DNA of 64,000 nucleotides from Candidatus Latescibacterota bacterium (lineage in GTDB: Bacteria; Latescibacterota; UBA2968; UBA8231): NCBI GenBank assembly GCA_965261395.1, contig OZ253462.1:3616001-3680000 (forward strand). The letters are read 5' to 3'. The position numbers and the translations under genes are program-made. A model generated the notes under the pieces. It was given only the letters and a program-made list of their open reading frames with translations. It did not search any database and was not told the DNA's origin. Shown in pieces: positions 10,272 to 19,748 of this stretch; positions within the stretch are counted from its first letter, which is position 1; every line of letters begins with the position of its first letter.

Positions 10272-11417
10272 ATGAACCAGAAGAGTGATCCAGAACCGAC
10301 AGCGGAGGCCGTCCCGATCCAGGGTTTCGAGAGGGCAGTTACCGACTACGAGGCGTCGAAGACTTGGCAGCCCGTGTCCGACCGCGTGATTCGCGTAGGT
10401 ATCGCCGGGTATGGCGTGTGCAATTTCGGTGCGGCCTTCCATTTCCAGGACCACCCGAATGTGACCGTTGCCGCGGTTGCCGAATTGGACCCCGACAAGC
10501 GAGCCGAACTGGCCAGAGCATGCCGCTGTGCGACCGCTTATTCCTCGTGCGAAGACTTGATCGAGGACGACTCGCTCGAGGCCGTTTTCGTTGCCACCGA
10601 CGCCCCGAGCCATGCCCGGCTGGCCATTGCCGCGCTCAAAGCCGGCAAACATGTTGCATCGGCCGTGCCCGCCGCGTGGGGATCACTGGAGGATGCGGAT
10701 GCGCTTTTCGCCGCTGCCAAGACGGCCGACCGCAGCTACATGATGTTCGAAACCTCGTACTTCCACGAAGATCTCTATAACATGCGGGAGTTGTACCGAA
10801 CTGGCGCGCTGGGAAAAGTCGTCTATGCAGAGGGTGAATACTGGCACTACTTCCCGACGCCGCTGGCCGCGCACGGGGGCTGGCGCACCGGGCATCCCCC
10901 GCAGTGGTATCCCACGCACTCCAATGCCTACTACATGGGCGTCACCGGCGGGAGCTTCACCGAGGTCTCCTGCATGGGCATGCCCAGCAGCGTCGATCAT
11001 CTGAAGGCTGCAAACAACCGCTACGGCAACCCGTTTGGCACTGAAATCGCGCTATTTCGCACCAGCGACGGCGGCATGGCCCGGATGGCGGTTAGCTGGG
11101 ACACGCCGGGTGTCGGCGGGGAGACGGGTCGGATTCGCACGGAGAAGGGGACCTTCTACGGCAAGTTCCAGAATGACGGGCAGGATCCTGTGCCGGCAAC
11201 ATTCAAGCGCCCACCTCTTCCTCCGAGGGTGGAGGCCGGCGCGCACGGTGGCTCCCACGGCTACCTGATGTGCGAGTTCGTCGAGGCGATCCTGCTGGAC
11301 CGCACGCCCCTCGTCGATGTGGCCCAAGCACTTAACATGACGGTCAGCGGCATCGTCGCTCACGAGTCGGCGCTGAAGGACGGCGAACTGCTGAAGATCC
11401 CGCAGTACACTCTGTAG
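10272..11417 (+). CDS. Gfo/Idh/MocA family oxidoreductase
   Basis: IRVGIAGYG, AVFVAT...H...AIAALKAGKHV. Confidence 0.9.
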   Translation: MNQKSDPEPTAEAVPIQGFERAVTDYEASKTWQPVSDRVIRVGIAGYGVCNFGAAFHFQDHPNVTVAAVAELDPDKRAELARACRCATAYSSCEDLIEDDSLEAVFVATDAPSHARLAIAALKAGKHVASAVPAAWGSLEDADALFAAAKTADRSYMMFETSYFHEDLYNMRELYRTGALGKVVYAEGEYWHYFPTPLAAHGGWRTGHPPQWYPTHSNAYYMGVTGGSFTEVSCMGMPSSVDHLKAANNRYGNPFGTEIALFRTSDGGMARMAVSWDTPGVGGETGRIRTEKGTFYGKFQNDGQDPVPATFKRPPLPPRVEAGAHGGSHGYLMCEFVEAILLDRTPLVDVAQALNMTVSGIVAHESALKDGELLKIPQYTL

Positions 11418-11464
11418 GCCCCATCGCGTTAGATCTGCAAGAAATAGTCGTCGCTTCTGGCTGA

Positions 11465-13978
11465 TTACTTGAGGTAGAGCAATCGCCGCGTCTGTGCTCC
11501 GTCGGGGTGGCGCAGGCGGGTGAGATAGACGCCGGCTGCCAACGGAGCGCCCCGCTGGTCGCGGGCGTCCCAGCGGACTTGGTAGAAGCCGGCGAGCTGG
11601 AACTGGTTTACCAGCGTGCGCACGGGCTGGCCCAAGACGTTGTAGATTTCCAGCCGCACCAGGCCGGGAGTGGCAAGGCGGTAGGCGATCTGAGTGCTGG
11701 CGTTGAAGGGGTTGGGGAAGTTGGGGTCTAGGCCGCTGGTGATCGGAATCGCCGGCGTGGTGACCTCCACGGCTGTTGCTACGCCGGACAGGTGAAGAGG
11801 CAAGTCGGCGGATTTGACGAGTGTGTAGCCGCTATGGCTTGAGGGCAGCCTCGGCAACGGTCCGATATCAACAGTGGCGGCGTCAATGGTACTGGCCGTG
11901 CGAGCAACGGTGAGAGTACCGCTTATTCCGCGTCCGGTGGGAATCGTGACGTGGCTTGCCCCACCGACGAGGCTGCCGTTTATAACTTGGACCGGAAGGA
12001 CAATATCAAAGGGCGCGCCGGTGTGAGCCCTAGCTCTGAACCCGGTTTCCCCAACCAATTCCAGTGAGATAGTAATGGGCAGGAGATCGACTTGGTTACC
12101 GTCTAGGCTGAGCACTTCCAGTGTTAGTCCATCAAAGACGCCCGCTTCCAACGTCGTTAAGTCGTTGTCAAACAGGTAAAGCGTTGTCAGCGCGTTTAGT
12201 CCATCAAAGACGCCTGCTTCCAACGTCGTTAAGTCGTTGTCAAACAGCCAGAGCGTTGTCAGATTGTTTAGTCCGTCAAAGACGCCTGCTTCCAACGTCG
12301 TTAAGCCGTTGTGAGACAGTCTGAGCGTCGTCAGATTGTTTAGTCCGTCAAAGACGCCCACTTCCAACGCCGTTAAATCGTTTTCTTCCAGGTAAAGCGT
12401 CGTCAGCGCGTTTAGTTCGCCAAAGACGCCGACTTCCAACGCCGTTAAACCGTTGCCTTCTAAGTCGAGCAATTATAGAGCTTTTAGCTCGTCAAAGACG
12501 CCCGCTCTCAACGTCGCTAAACCGTTATAAGACAGGTAAAGCGTCGTCAGATCGCTTAGTCCATCAAAGACGCCTGCTTCCAACGTCGTTAAGCCGTTGT
12601 AATATAGGCCGAGCGTCGTCAGATTGTTTAGTCCGTCAAAGACGCCCACTTCCAACGCCGTTAAATCGTTGTGAGACAGTCTGAGCGTTGTCAGATTGTT
12701 TAGTCCGTCAAAGACACCCGCTTCCAACGTCGTTAAATCGTTGCCTTCTAAGTCGAGCAATTCTAGAGCTTTTAGCTCGTCAAAGACGCCCGCTCTCAAC
12801 GTCGTTAAGTCGTTGTAAGACAGTCTGAGCGTCGTCAGATTGTTTAGTCCATCAAAGACACCCGCTTCCAACGTCGTTAAATCGTTGCCTTCCAAGTTGA
12901 GCGTCGTCAGATTGTTTAGTCCATCAAAGACACCCGCTTCCAACGTCGTTAAACCGTTGTCAAACAGGTCGAGCGATCCCAGATTGTTTAGTCCATCAAA
13001 GACACCCGCTTCCAACATCGTTAAACCGTTGAGATACAGGCTGAGGGCTGTTAGTGTCTTCAGTCCATCAAAGACGCCCGCTTCCAACGTCGTTAAACCA
13101 TTGCCTCCTAGGTTAAGCGACTCTAGGGCGTTTAGTCCATCAAAGACACCAGCTTCTAAGGTCGTTAAACTATTATACAGGTCGAGTGTAGTCAGAGCGC
13201 TTAGTCCGTCAAAGACTCCCACTTCTAAGGTCGTTAAACTGTTGTTGTGCAGGCTGAGTGTGGTCAGAGCGCTTAGTCCATCAAAGACACCCGCTTCCAA
13301 CGTCGTTAAACCATTGAGATACAGGCTGAGCGTAGTCAGGGCGTTTAGTCCATCAAAGACGCCCGCTTCCAGCGTCGTTAAATCGTTGTTGTGCAGGCTG
13401 AGTGTGGTCAGAGCGTTTAGTTCATCAAAGACGCCCGCTTCCAACGTCGTTAAACCATTTTCTTCTAGGTCGAGCGTAGTCAGGGCGTTTAGTTCATCAA
13501 AGACGCCCGCTTCCAACGTCGTTAAATCGTTGTAGGACAGGCCGAGCGTAGTCAGGGCGTTTAGTTCATCAAAGACGCCCGCTTCCAACGTCGTTAAATC
13601 GTTGTAAGACAGTCCAAGCGAGTCCAATGCTATCAGTCCATCAAAGACGCCCGCTTCCAACGTCGTTAAATCGTTGATAAGCAGATCGAGCGTTGTCAGC
13701 GCCGTCAGCCCGGAAAAGTCGCCGATTTTCAGTGCTGCGATACCGGCTCTTCTAAGATTGAGCTCACTAATCGCTGTTAGGTGCGCCTCCGTCACAGCAC
13801 CGCAGTCGCTTACACCCGCTTGCTGTACAATCGCGTCGCGCACTTGCGTGGTGCGGTCGCAGACGGGAGTGATTTGTGCACTTGCTGGCTCGGCAGCGAT
13901 CAGCAGCAGCATGCCTGGGGTTGCTGTCAGGAGGAGGGATGCGGCGCGAGATTGGGTCCATAGAGATGAGAGCGACAT
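11465..13978 (-). pseudogene. Secreted leucine-rich-repeat protein with C-terminal FlgD/PNPFN domain, interrupted by TAA at 12473-12475
   Basis: RBS AAGGAG and signal peptide (..ASA-Q); 22 LTTLEAGVFDGL-type repeats; both ORFs share one frame; the sister repeat at about 12763 has GAA at the equivalent codon. Confidence 0.88.
12110..13700 (-). repeat. 72-bp tandem LRR-coding array (22 GVF units)
   Basis: TCAAAGACGCCCGCTTCCAACGTCGTTAA recurs about every 72 bp; one unit is 69 bp. Confidence 0.95.
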
Positions 13979-14018
13979 AGGAGACTCCTTCAGGTAAAGG
14001 TATGGCGCAATTTGCTCG

Positions 14019-15362
14019 TCAACTGAGATACTGCTTGGCCTCTTTGCCCACCAGCTCGCGCAGGTCGGGGTCGTTGATGCAGAAGATGCGGAAAATTTTG
14101 GCTTGGTCTTCGAAGTTGTGTAGCAGCGAATCGCGCAGGCGGGAGACCTCTGGATCGGCAAAGGTCAGGGGATCGGTCTTGTCGGCGGGGAGCGTGCGGC
14201 CGTAGAAGACCCTGAGATCGACTTCGGGGGTCTTGTTGAAGCTGGGAATGTCGATGAGGATCTCGTGGCCTTGGAGCGGGCGGCCAAGCCGCTGGCCGAA
14301 GACTTGGCACAGCTCGATTTCCTTGGCGCGGCGCTTGTAGGGATGGCGGAAGAGAAAGTCGAGGCCGTGCATCAGGGGCTGGGTGCGCTCGCTGGGGTGG
14401 ATGACAGCTCCGACCTTGTAGAGGCGGCGGTGGATCGTGCCCTCGAGGAGCTGGGCGGACGTTTCCAGCCCTAGGCGCTGCTGCTCGTGCTGGAGGCGAG
14501 CGATCAGCCCACTCTCGGTGAGGCGGTGGAAATCGGAGAAGTCGAGTCGGTTGTGCGGATGGAGGAGGATCTCTTGCACGGCGCGCTTGAACATGGCCGA
14601 CGCCGAGCGCACCCCGTGGTGCCAGTACACGTTGCGGTACATTTGGTAGTTGGTAAAGACAAGGGCTTCGACCGCGGAAACGCCCTTACTGGTGATGGCC
14701 AGCCGCTGGCGCTCAGGGTCGAACTTGATGGAGTCGATCAGGCGGTCGCGGTTGACGCTCTCGCCGAAGGGCACGCCGCAAAACATGGAATCGCGCAGGA
14801 GATAGTCGATTTTGTCGGGGTCGAGGGTACTGCTGAGGATATTAGCCAGCAGCAGGTCTTCGGGGGCAACCGCGCGGCCGCTGTTTTCGTAGTCGATGAC
14901 GTTGGCCACGCGCGCTGGATCAATCTGGAACTTATCGGCGATCGTCTGGTAGATTTCGCCGTCTTGGTCCTCAATGATTTGCCTCGCGCCTTCTTCGTGG
15001 CGGATGAAAAAGGGCCTTAGCTCTTCGAGGGTATGCGAGAAGGGGTAATGGCCGATATCGTGGAGCAAGGTGGCGGCGATGAAGACGCGCACGTCCTCGT
15101 CGCTCAGCACGAGGGGCGGGTCCGAGTCGAGGAGACGGGCCAGAAACCGCTTGGCCAAGTGATAGACGCCCAGCGAGTGCTCAAAGCGGGAGTGGCGCGC
15201 CCCTGGGTACACCAGATGCACGTAGCCGAGTTGGGTGATGTTGCGCAGGCGCTGGAAGGCCCGAGTATCGACGAGGGCGAGGACGGGATCGGGGAAGTGA
15301 ATGTAGCCCCAAACCGGGTCGCGAATGACCTTGCCTTCTTCGGCTAAAAGTGGATAATCCAT
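14019..15362 (-). CDS. HD-domain phosphohydrolase (SAMHD1/dNTPase-like)
   Basis: IRDPVWG, FQRLR.I.QLG, HSRFEHSLGV, LLHDIGHYPFSH, DKIDYL.RD, MY.NVYWH. Confidence 0.9.
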   Translation of the reverse strand: MDYPLLAEEGKVIRDPVWGYIHFPDPVLALVDTRAFQRLRNITQLGYVHLVYPGARHSRFEHSLGVYHLAKRFLARLLDSDPPLVLSDEDVRVFIAATLLHDIGHYPFSHTLEELRPFFIRHEEGARQIIEDQDGEIYQTIADKFQIDPARVANVIDYENSGRAVAPEDLLLANILSSTLDPDKIDYLLRDSMFCGVPFGESVNRDRLIDSIKFDPERQRLAITSKGVSAVEALVFTNYQMYRNVYWHHGVRSASAMFKRAVQEILLHPHNRLDFSDFHRLTESGLIARLQHEQQRLGLETSAQLLEGTIHRRLYKVGAVIHPSERTQPLMHGLDFLFRHPYKRRAKEIELCQVFGQRLGRPLQGHEILIDIPSFNKTPEVDLRVFYGRTLPADKTDPLTFADPEVSRLRDSLLHNFEDQAKIFRIFCINDPDLRELVGKEAKQYLS

Positions 15363-15372
15363 AGTGTTGGCC

Positions 15373-15401
15373 AATCTAGGGGAGGCGTGTTACCCTGTCA
15401 A
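15373..15401 (-). promoter_or_regulatory. Sigma70-type promoter for the HD gene (nearly leaderless)
   Basis: TTGACA-N17-TAGATT ending 10 bp before the ATG. Confidence 0.6.
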
Positions 15402-15464
15402 GAAATGCGCACCGAACTCATTATGAAAGCGATACTTAGGGCATTTTATTGCGCGGGTCGTCCA

Positions 15465-15493
15465 TTGACACAAAACCGATTGGCTCCTATCTT
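15465..15493 (+). promoter_or_regulatory. Sigma70-type promoter for the ndk operon
   Basis: TTGACA-N17-TATCTT. Confidence 0.6.
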
Positions 15494-15548
15494 TCAAAAT
15501 TTTGTTATAACTATGGGACACACTTGCTGAGGAAATAATATTCTTTTT

Positions 15549-15950
15549 ATGGAACGCACATTGATGATCATCAAGCCCGATGCAGTCGCCAAAAACGCCA
15601 TCGGCCAGATTATTGCCCGCGTCGAAGGCGAGGGGTTCGTCGTGCGCGCGCTGCGCATGGTCGAGCTATCCGTCGAGCGGGCGGGTGCCTTCTACGCCGT
15701 GCATCAGGAGCGGCCCTTCTACGGCGAGTTGGTGGAATTTATGACCTCGGGGTCGGCGGTGCCGATGATGCTAGAGCGCGCCGACGCGGTGGCACATCTG
15801 CGCGGTTTTATCGGTCCGACCAACAGCTTGGAGGCACCTGCCGGCACGATTCGCGGCGACTTTGGCACGGACGTACAATGCAACGCCGTCCACGCCTCGG
15901 ACTCAGCGGCCAACGCCGAGTCTGAGATCGCGTTTTTCTTTGCCGACTGA
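15549..15950 (+). CDS. ndk: Nucleoside diphosphate kinase
   Basis: ERTLMIIKPDAV, GTIRGDFG, NAVHASDS. Confidence 0.97.
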   Translation: MERTLMIIKPDAVAKNAIGQIIARVEGEGFVVRALRMVELSVERAGAFYAVHQERPFYGELVEFMTSGSAVPMMLERADAVAHLRGFIGPTNSLEAPAGTIRGDFGTDVQCNAVHASDSAANAESEIAFFFAD

Positions 15951-15957
15951 ACACGCC

Positions 15958-16497
15958 ATGAGCGCCTTGTTAGTACTCGACGATCTCGCAGAGGGACCCA
16001 ATGCGCTCTCCTTTGAGCTACGTGCAGAGGAACTGGAGCTGAAAGACGAACTTTTTGCCTTTCCCTCCATTGTTGAAGTCCGCCTCGAGGTGCGTCGTGC
16101 CCTCGGCAACTTCAGAATCGACGGGGTCATCACCTGCCGCATCGCCGGCGAGTGCTATCGCTGTCTAGAGGAAGTACAAGAAGGGGTCTCGGCGCGGTTC
16201 CGCTTGCTCTTGCAGCGTCGCCAGGCTACCCCTGAGGAGCTAGCGTCGGCCGAACAAGACGGGTTCATCGAGATCGTCGATCCCGGGACGCGCGAGGTCG
16301 ATTTGCGCGCGTACCTCCGCGAATCCGTTATCTTGGACTTGCCGATGCGAATACCCACCCCGGACGCCGATGGGCGGTGCCCGCACTGCGGTGTTGACGG
16401 AGCCGACGAACCCACTGCCGAAGAGGAAAAAGGAGCCGACCCGCGTTGGGCCGCCCTCGCGCAGATCGAATTTTCGCAACCCAAAGAAGGTTCTTGA
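15958..16497 (+). CDS. yceD: DUF177/YceD family protein
   Basis: C.RCL, LDLPMR, CP.CG, DPRWAAL; lies upstream of rpmF. Confidence 0.88.
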   Translation: MSALLVLDDLAEGPNALSFELRAEELELKDELFAFPSIVEVRLEVRRALGNFRIDGVITCRIAGECYRCLEEVQEGVSARFRLLLQRRQATPEELASAEQDGFIEIVDPGTREVDLRAYLRESVILDLPMRIPTPDADGRCPHCGVDGADEPTAEEEKGADPRWAALAQIEFSQPKEGS

Positions 16498-16509
16498 GAG
16501 GAGTTCCCC

Positions 16510-16692
16510 GTGGCTGCAGTACCTAAAAGAAGAATTTCGCGCACCCGCCGCGACAAGCGGCGCACTCACTGGAAGATCAAGGCGGCGGCAAGGAGTACTT
16601 GCTCCCACTGTGGACAAGCCACCCTGCCCCATCGCGTCTGCCCGAGCTGCGGCTTCTATCGAGGCCGCGAATACGTCGAGCCTGAAGTGTAG
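16510..16692 (+). CDS. rpmF: 50S ribosomal protein L32
   Basis: AVPKRRISRTRRDKRRTH, CxxC..HRVCPSCG.Y. Confidence 0.97.
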   Translation: MAAVPKRRISRTRRDKRRTHWKIKAAARSTCSHCGQATLPHRVCPSCGFYRGREYVEPEV

Positions 16693-16714
16693 GCTGTTCG
16701 GGGCGGATGATTGC

Positions 16715-17719
16715 GTGGGTGAAGAGGAGAAAAAATTTCGCGCGGCCATTACGGCGACTGCGCACTTCCTGCCCGACAAGGTGGTCACCAACGCCGATAT
16801 GGAGCAGATGGTAAACACCTCGGACGAGTGGATCCGCACGCGCACTGGCATTGCCGAGCGGCGCTTCCTGCCAGCGGACGCGCCGACCTCCACCATGGCC
16901 AACGCCGTGGCCCACGAGCTGTTGGCGCGTCGTGGAATCGCCGCCGCCGACCTCGACCTGATCATCGTCGCGACCATTACGCCAGACATGATCTTTCCGG
17001 CGACGGCCTGCTTGGTGCAACACGCCATCGGTGCCAGCCGGGCCTGGGCCTACGACTTGTCAGCGGCTTGTTCCGGCTTTGTCTTCGCCGTGGCGACGGG
17101 GGCCCAGTTCATCGAAAGCGGTGCCCATCGCCGGGTGATGGTCATCGGTGCCGACAAAATGAGTACGATACTCGACTTCCAAGATCGCTCGACCTGCGTG
17201 TTGTTCGGTGATGGGGCTGGTGGAGTGTTGTTGGAGCGCGGCGAGGACGGGGCCGGCCTGATCGACTTTGAGCTATACTCTGACGGCTCTGACGTCGAAT
17301 GCCTGCACATCAAAGGGGGCGGCAGCCTGTATCCCCCCTCGTACGAGACCGTAGATAGAGGCCTGCACTACATCCGCCAGCAGGGGCGCACGGTCTTCCG
17401 GTTCGCTGTGGAAAAAATGGCCGAAGTGTCGGTCAGCCTACTGGCGCGCAATGGCCTTACGGGCGACGACCTCAAGCTCTTCGTGCCGCACCAAGCCAAC
17501 AAGCGCATCATCGACGCCGCGGCCACACGCATGAAGCTCCCCCCAGAAAAAGTGATGATCAATATCGACCGCTACGCCAACACCACGGCCGCGACTATTC
17601 CCATTGCCTTGGCAGAAGCCGCTGATCAAGGCCGGTTGGAGCGCGGCGACTTGGTGCTAATGACCGGCGTCGGCGGCGGTCTCACCTGGGGCAGCGCCCT
17701 GTTTCGCTGGGGGCACTGA
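16715..17719 (+). CDS. fabH: 3-oxoacyl-ACP synthase III (start approximate, GTG)
   Basis: TSDEWIRTRTGI, AACSGF, LFGDGAG, PHQAN, YANT. Confidence 0.95.
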   Translation: MGEEEKKFRAAITATAHFLPDKVVTNADMEQMVNTSDEWIRTRTGIAERRFLPADAPTSTMANAVAHELLARRGIAAADLDLIIVATITPDMIFPATACLVQHAIGASRAWAYDLSAACSGFVFAVATGAQFIESGAHRRVMVIGADKMSTILDFQDRSTCVLFGDGAGGVLLERGEDGAGLIDFELYSDGSDVECLHIKGGGSLYPPSYETVDRGLHYIRQQGRTVFRFAVEKMAEVSVSLLARNGLTGDDLKLFVPHQANKRIIDAAATRMKLPPEKVMINIDRYANTTAATIPIALAEAADQGRLERGDLVLMTGVGGGLTWGSALFRWGH

Positions 17720-17720
17720 G

Positions 17721-18650
17721 GTGGGCGGGCGCGCCTTTTTGTTTCCGGGACAGGGTTCGCAGGCGGTGGGCATGGCCCGCGACCTCTACGAGCAGCACGA
17801 GTCGGTGCGTGCGCGCTTTGCCGAGGCCGACGAGGTGCTGGGTTTTTCGCTCAGTACGCTTTGCTTTGAGGGACCGGTCGAGCAACTGGCGCAAACCAAC
17901 GTTACGCAGCCGGCCGTCTTCGTCCACAGCGTCGCCGTTAGCGAATTGCTCGCCGCTGCTGGATTACAGCCTGTGGCCGTAGCTGGACACAGCCTCGGGG
18001 AATACTCAGCGCTGGTGGCGGCCGGAGTGTTCTCCTTTGCGGAGGCCCTGACACTCGTGGGTACGCGTGGCCGGTTGATGAAGGAAGCTGGCCGAGAGTG
18101 GCCAGGGACGATGGGGGCGGTGATCGGTTTGGAAGATGACCACGTCATGGCCCTGTGCCAACAGGTAGCCGATGTGGGGATCGCAGTGGCCGCCAATTTT
18201 AACGCTCCAGGCCAAGTCGTGGTGTCGGGTGAGCCGGCCGCGGTGACACGGGTGGGCGAGTTGGCCACCCAAGCCGGCGCTCGGCGCGTCGTCGAGTTGG
18301 CCGTCAGTGGGGCTTTTCACTCGCCGCTGATGGCGTCGGCGGCCGTGGAGATGGAGTCGCTGTTACAGGCGGTGCCCTTTGCGCGGCCGCGCGTGCCGGT
18401 GTTGACCAATGTCTCGGCTGCGCCCGTAGAAGACCCAGAAAAACTGCGGCTGCACCTAATCCATCAGATCACTGGTCCAGTTCGCTGGAACGCGACGGTG
18501 CACCAGCTAGCGGCCATGGGCATCAACCGCGCTTTTGAGGTAGGGCCGGGGGCCGTGCTACGGGGGCTGGTGCGTCGCACCGCGCCCAAGCTCGCGGTCG
18601 CACTGGCGGGTACCGTTGAAGAAGTCACCGCCGCAAAAGGAGCGGGATAA
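17721..18650 (+). CDS. fabD: Malonyl-CoA:ACP transacylase
   Basis: FPGQGSQ, GHSLGEY, VSGAFHS. Confidence 0.96.
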   Translation: MGGRAFLFPGQGSQAVGMARDLYEQHESVRARFAEADEVLGFSLSTLCFEGPVEQLAQTNVTQPAVFVHSVAVSELLAAAGLQPVAVAGHSLGEYSALVAAGVFSFAEALTLVGTRGRLMKEAGREWPGTMGAVIGLEDDHVMALCQQVADVGIAVAANFNAPGQVVVSGEPAAVTRVGELATQAGARRVVELAVSGAFHSPLMASAAVEMESLLQAVPFARPRVPVLTNVSAAPVEDPEKLRLHLIHQITGPVRWNATVHQLAAMGINRAFEVGPGAVLRGLVRRTAPKLAVALAGTVEEVTAAKGAG

Positions 18651-18651
18651 T

Positions 18652-19398
18652 ATGGGTCTCTTGGACGGAAAAGTCGCGCTGGTGACGGGTGGGTCGCGGG
18701 GCATTGGCCGGGCCATTGCCCTGCGCTTGGCCGCAGAGGGCGCGGACTTGGCGATCTGTGCCCGCAACGCGGGGGCGGCTGGCGAAGTGGCCGCGGCCAT
18801 TGAGGTACTGGGCCGCCGCTGCCTCGTGCGTCAGGCCGATGTCGCCGACGCTGAGCAGGCGGCCGATCTGGTGGCGGCGACGATCGCGGAATTGGGTCGG
18901 CTAGACGTGCTGGTCAACAACGCCGGCGTCACCCGCGACAATTTGCTGATGCGGATGAAGGAGGAGGATTGGGACGAGGTCTTGGCGATCAATCTCAAGG
19001 GGGCCTTCAATTGCGTCCGGGCCGCGGTGCGTCCCATGCTCAAGGCTCGCGGCGGACGGATCGTCAACATCACTTCGGTCGTGGGATTGCTGGGCAATGC
19101 CGGCCAAGCCAACTACGCTGCGTCCAAAGCTGGGTTGATCGGCCTGACCAAGAGCTTGGCGCGGGAGTTGGCCTCGCGCGGGATCACCGCCAACGCCGTG
19201 GCCCCGGGGCTGGTGCCGGAAACGGGCATGACGGACGGGTTGACGCAACAGCAGCAGGAGCAGATGATTGCCACGGTGCCGCTGGGCCGAGCGGGGACGC
19301 CGGAAGACGTGGCTCACGCCGTGGCGTTCCTAGCATCGGATCAAGCCGCCTATATCACCGGTCAGGTCTTGTCCGTGGACGGCGGTATGGCCATGTGA
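18652..19398 (+). CDS. fabG: 3-oxoacyl-ACP reductase
   Basis: VTGGSRGIG, NNAGVTRDNL, GNAGQANYAASKAG. Confidence 0.96.
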   Translation: MGLLDGKVALVTGGSRGIGRAIALRLAAEGADLAICARNAGAAGEVAAAIEVLGRRCLVRQADVADAEQAADLVAATIAELGRLDVLVNNAGVTRDNLLMRMKEEDWDEVLAINLKGAFNCVRAAVRPMLKARGGRIVNITSVVGLLGNAGQANYAASKAGLIGLTKSLARELASRGITANAVAPGLVPETGMTDGLTQQQQEQMIATVPLGRAGTPEDVAHAVAFLASDQAAYITGQVLSVDGGMAM

Positions 19399-19508
19399 TA
19401 GGTGTTAAAAAATTGCCCATCACCTATATTTAGACCCTGATTTTAAGACCGCAGACTTATTCGCCAGAGCGGTAAAACTGTTCACTCCTTTCCCAAGAGG
19501 AACACACC

Positions 19509-19748
19509 ATGGCTTCTATTGAAGAACGCGTGAGAGATCTGGTCGTCGAGCAGCTCGGCGTGAGCCAGGATCAAGTAAATTCCCAAGCATCTTTTATTGA
19601 CGACTTGGGGGCCGACTCGCTCGATACCGTCGAGCTGGTCATGGCCTTTGAGGAGGAATTCGGGATCGACATCCCAGATGAGGACGCCGAGAAGATGGTG
19701 GTCGTAGCCGACGCGATTAAATACCTAGAAGAGAACAGCAAGGCGTGA
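19509..19748 (+). CDS. acpP: Acyl carrier protein
   Basis: [20 protein letters not shown]. Confidence 0.98.
   Translation: MASIEERVRDLVVEQLGVSQDQVNSQASFIDDLGADSLDTVELVMAFEEEFGIDIPDEDAEKMVVVADAIKYLEENSKA

Noticed and set aside
12110-13700. Regular 72-bp repeats resembling a CRISPR array
   Set aside because: The period is a multiple of 3, the intervening segments are homologous to each other, and the array encodes LRRs; no cas genes are present.
11465-13978. Diversity-generating retroelement as the source of LRR variation
   Set aside because: No reverse transcriptase in the window and the differences are not adenine-specific.
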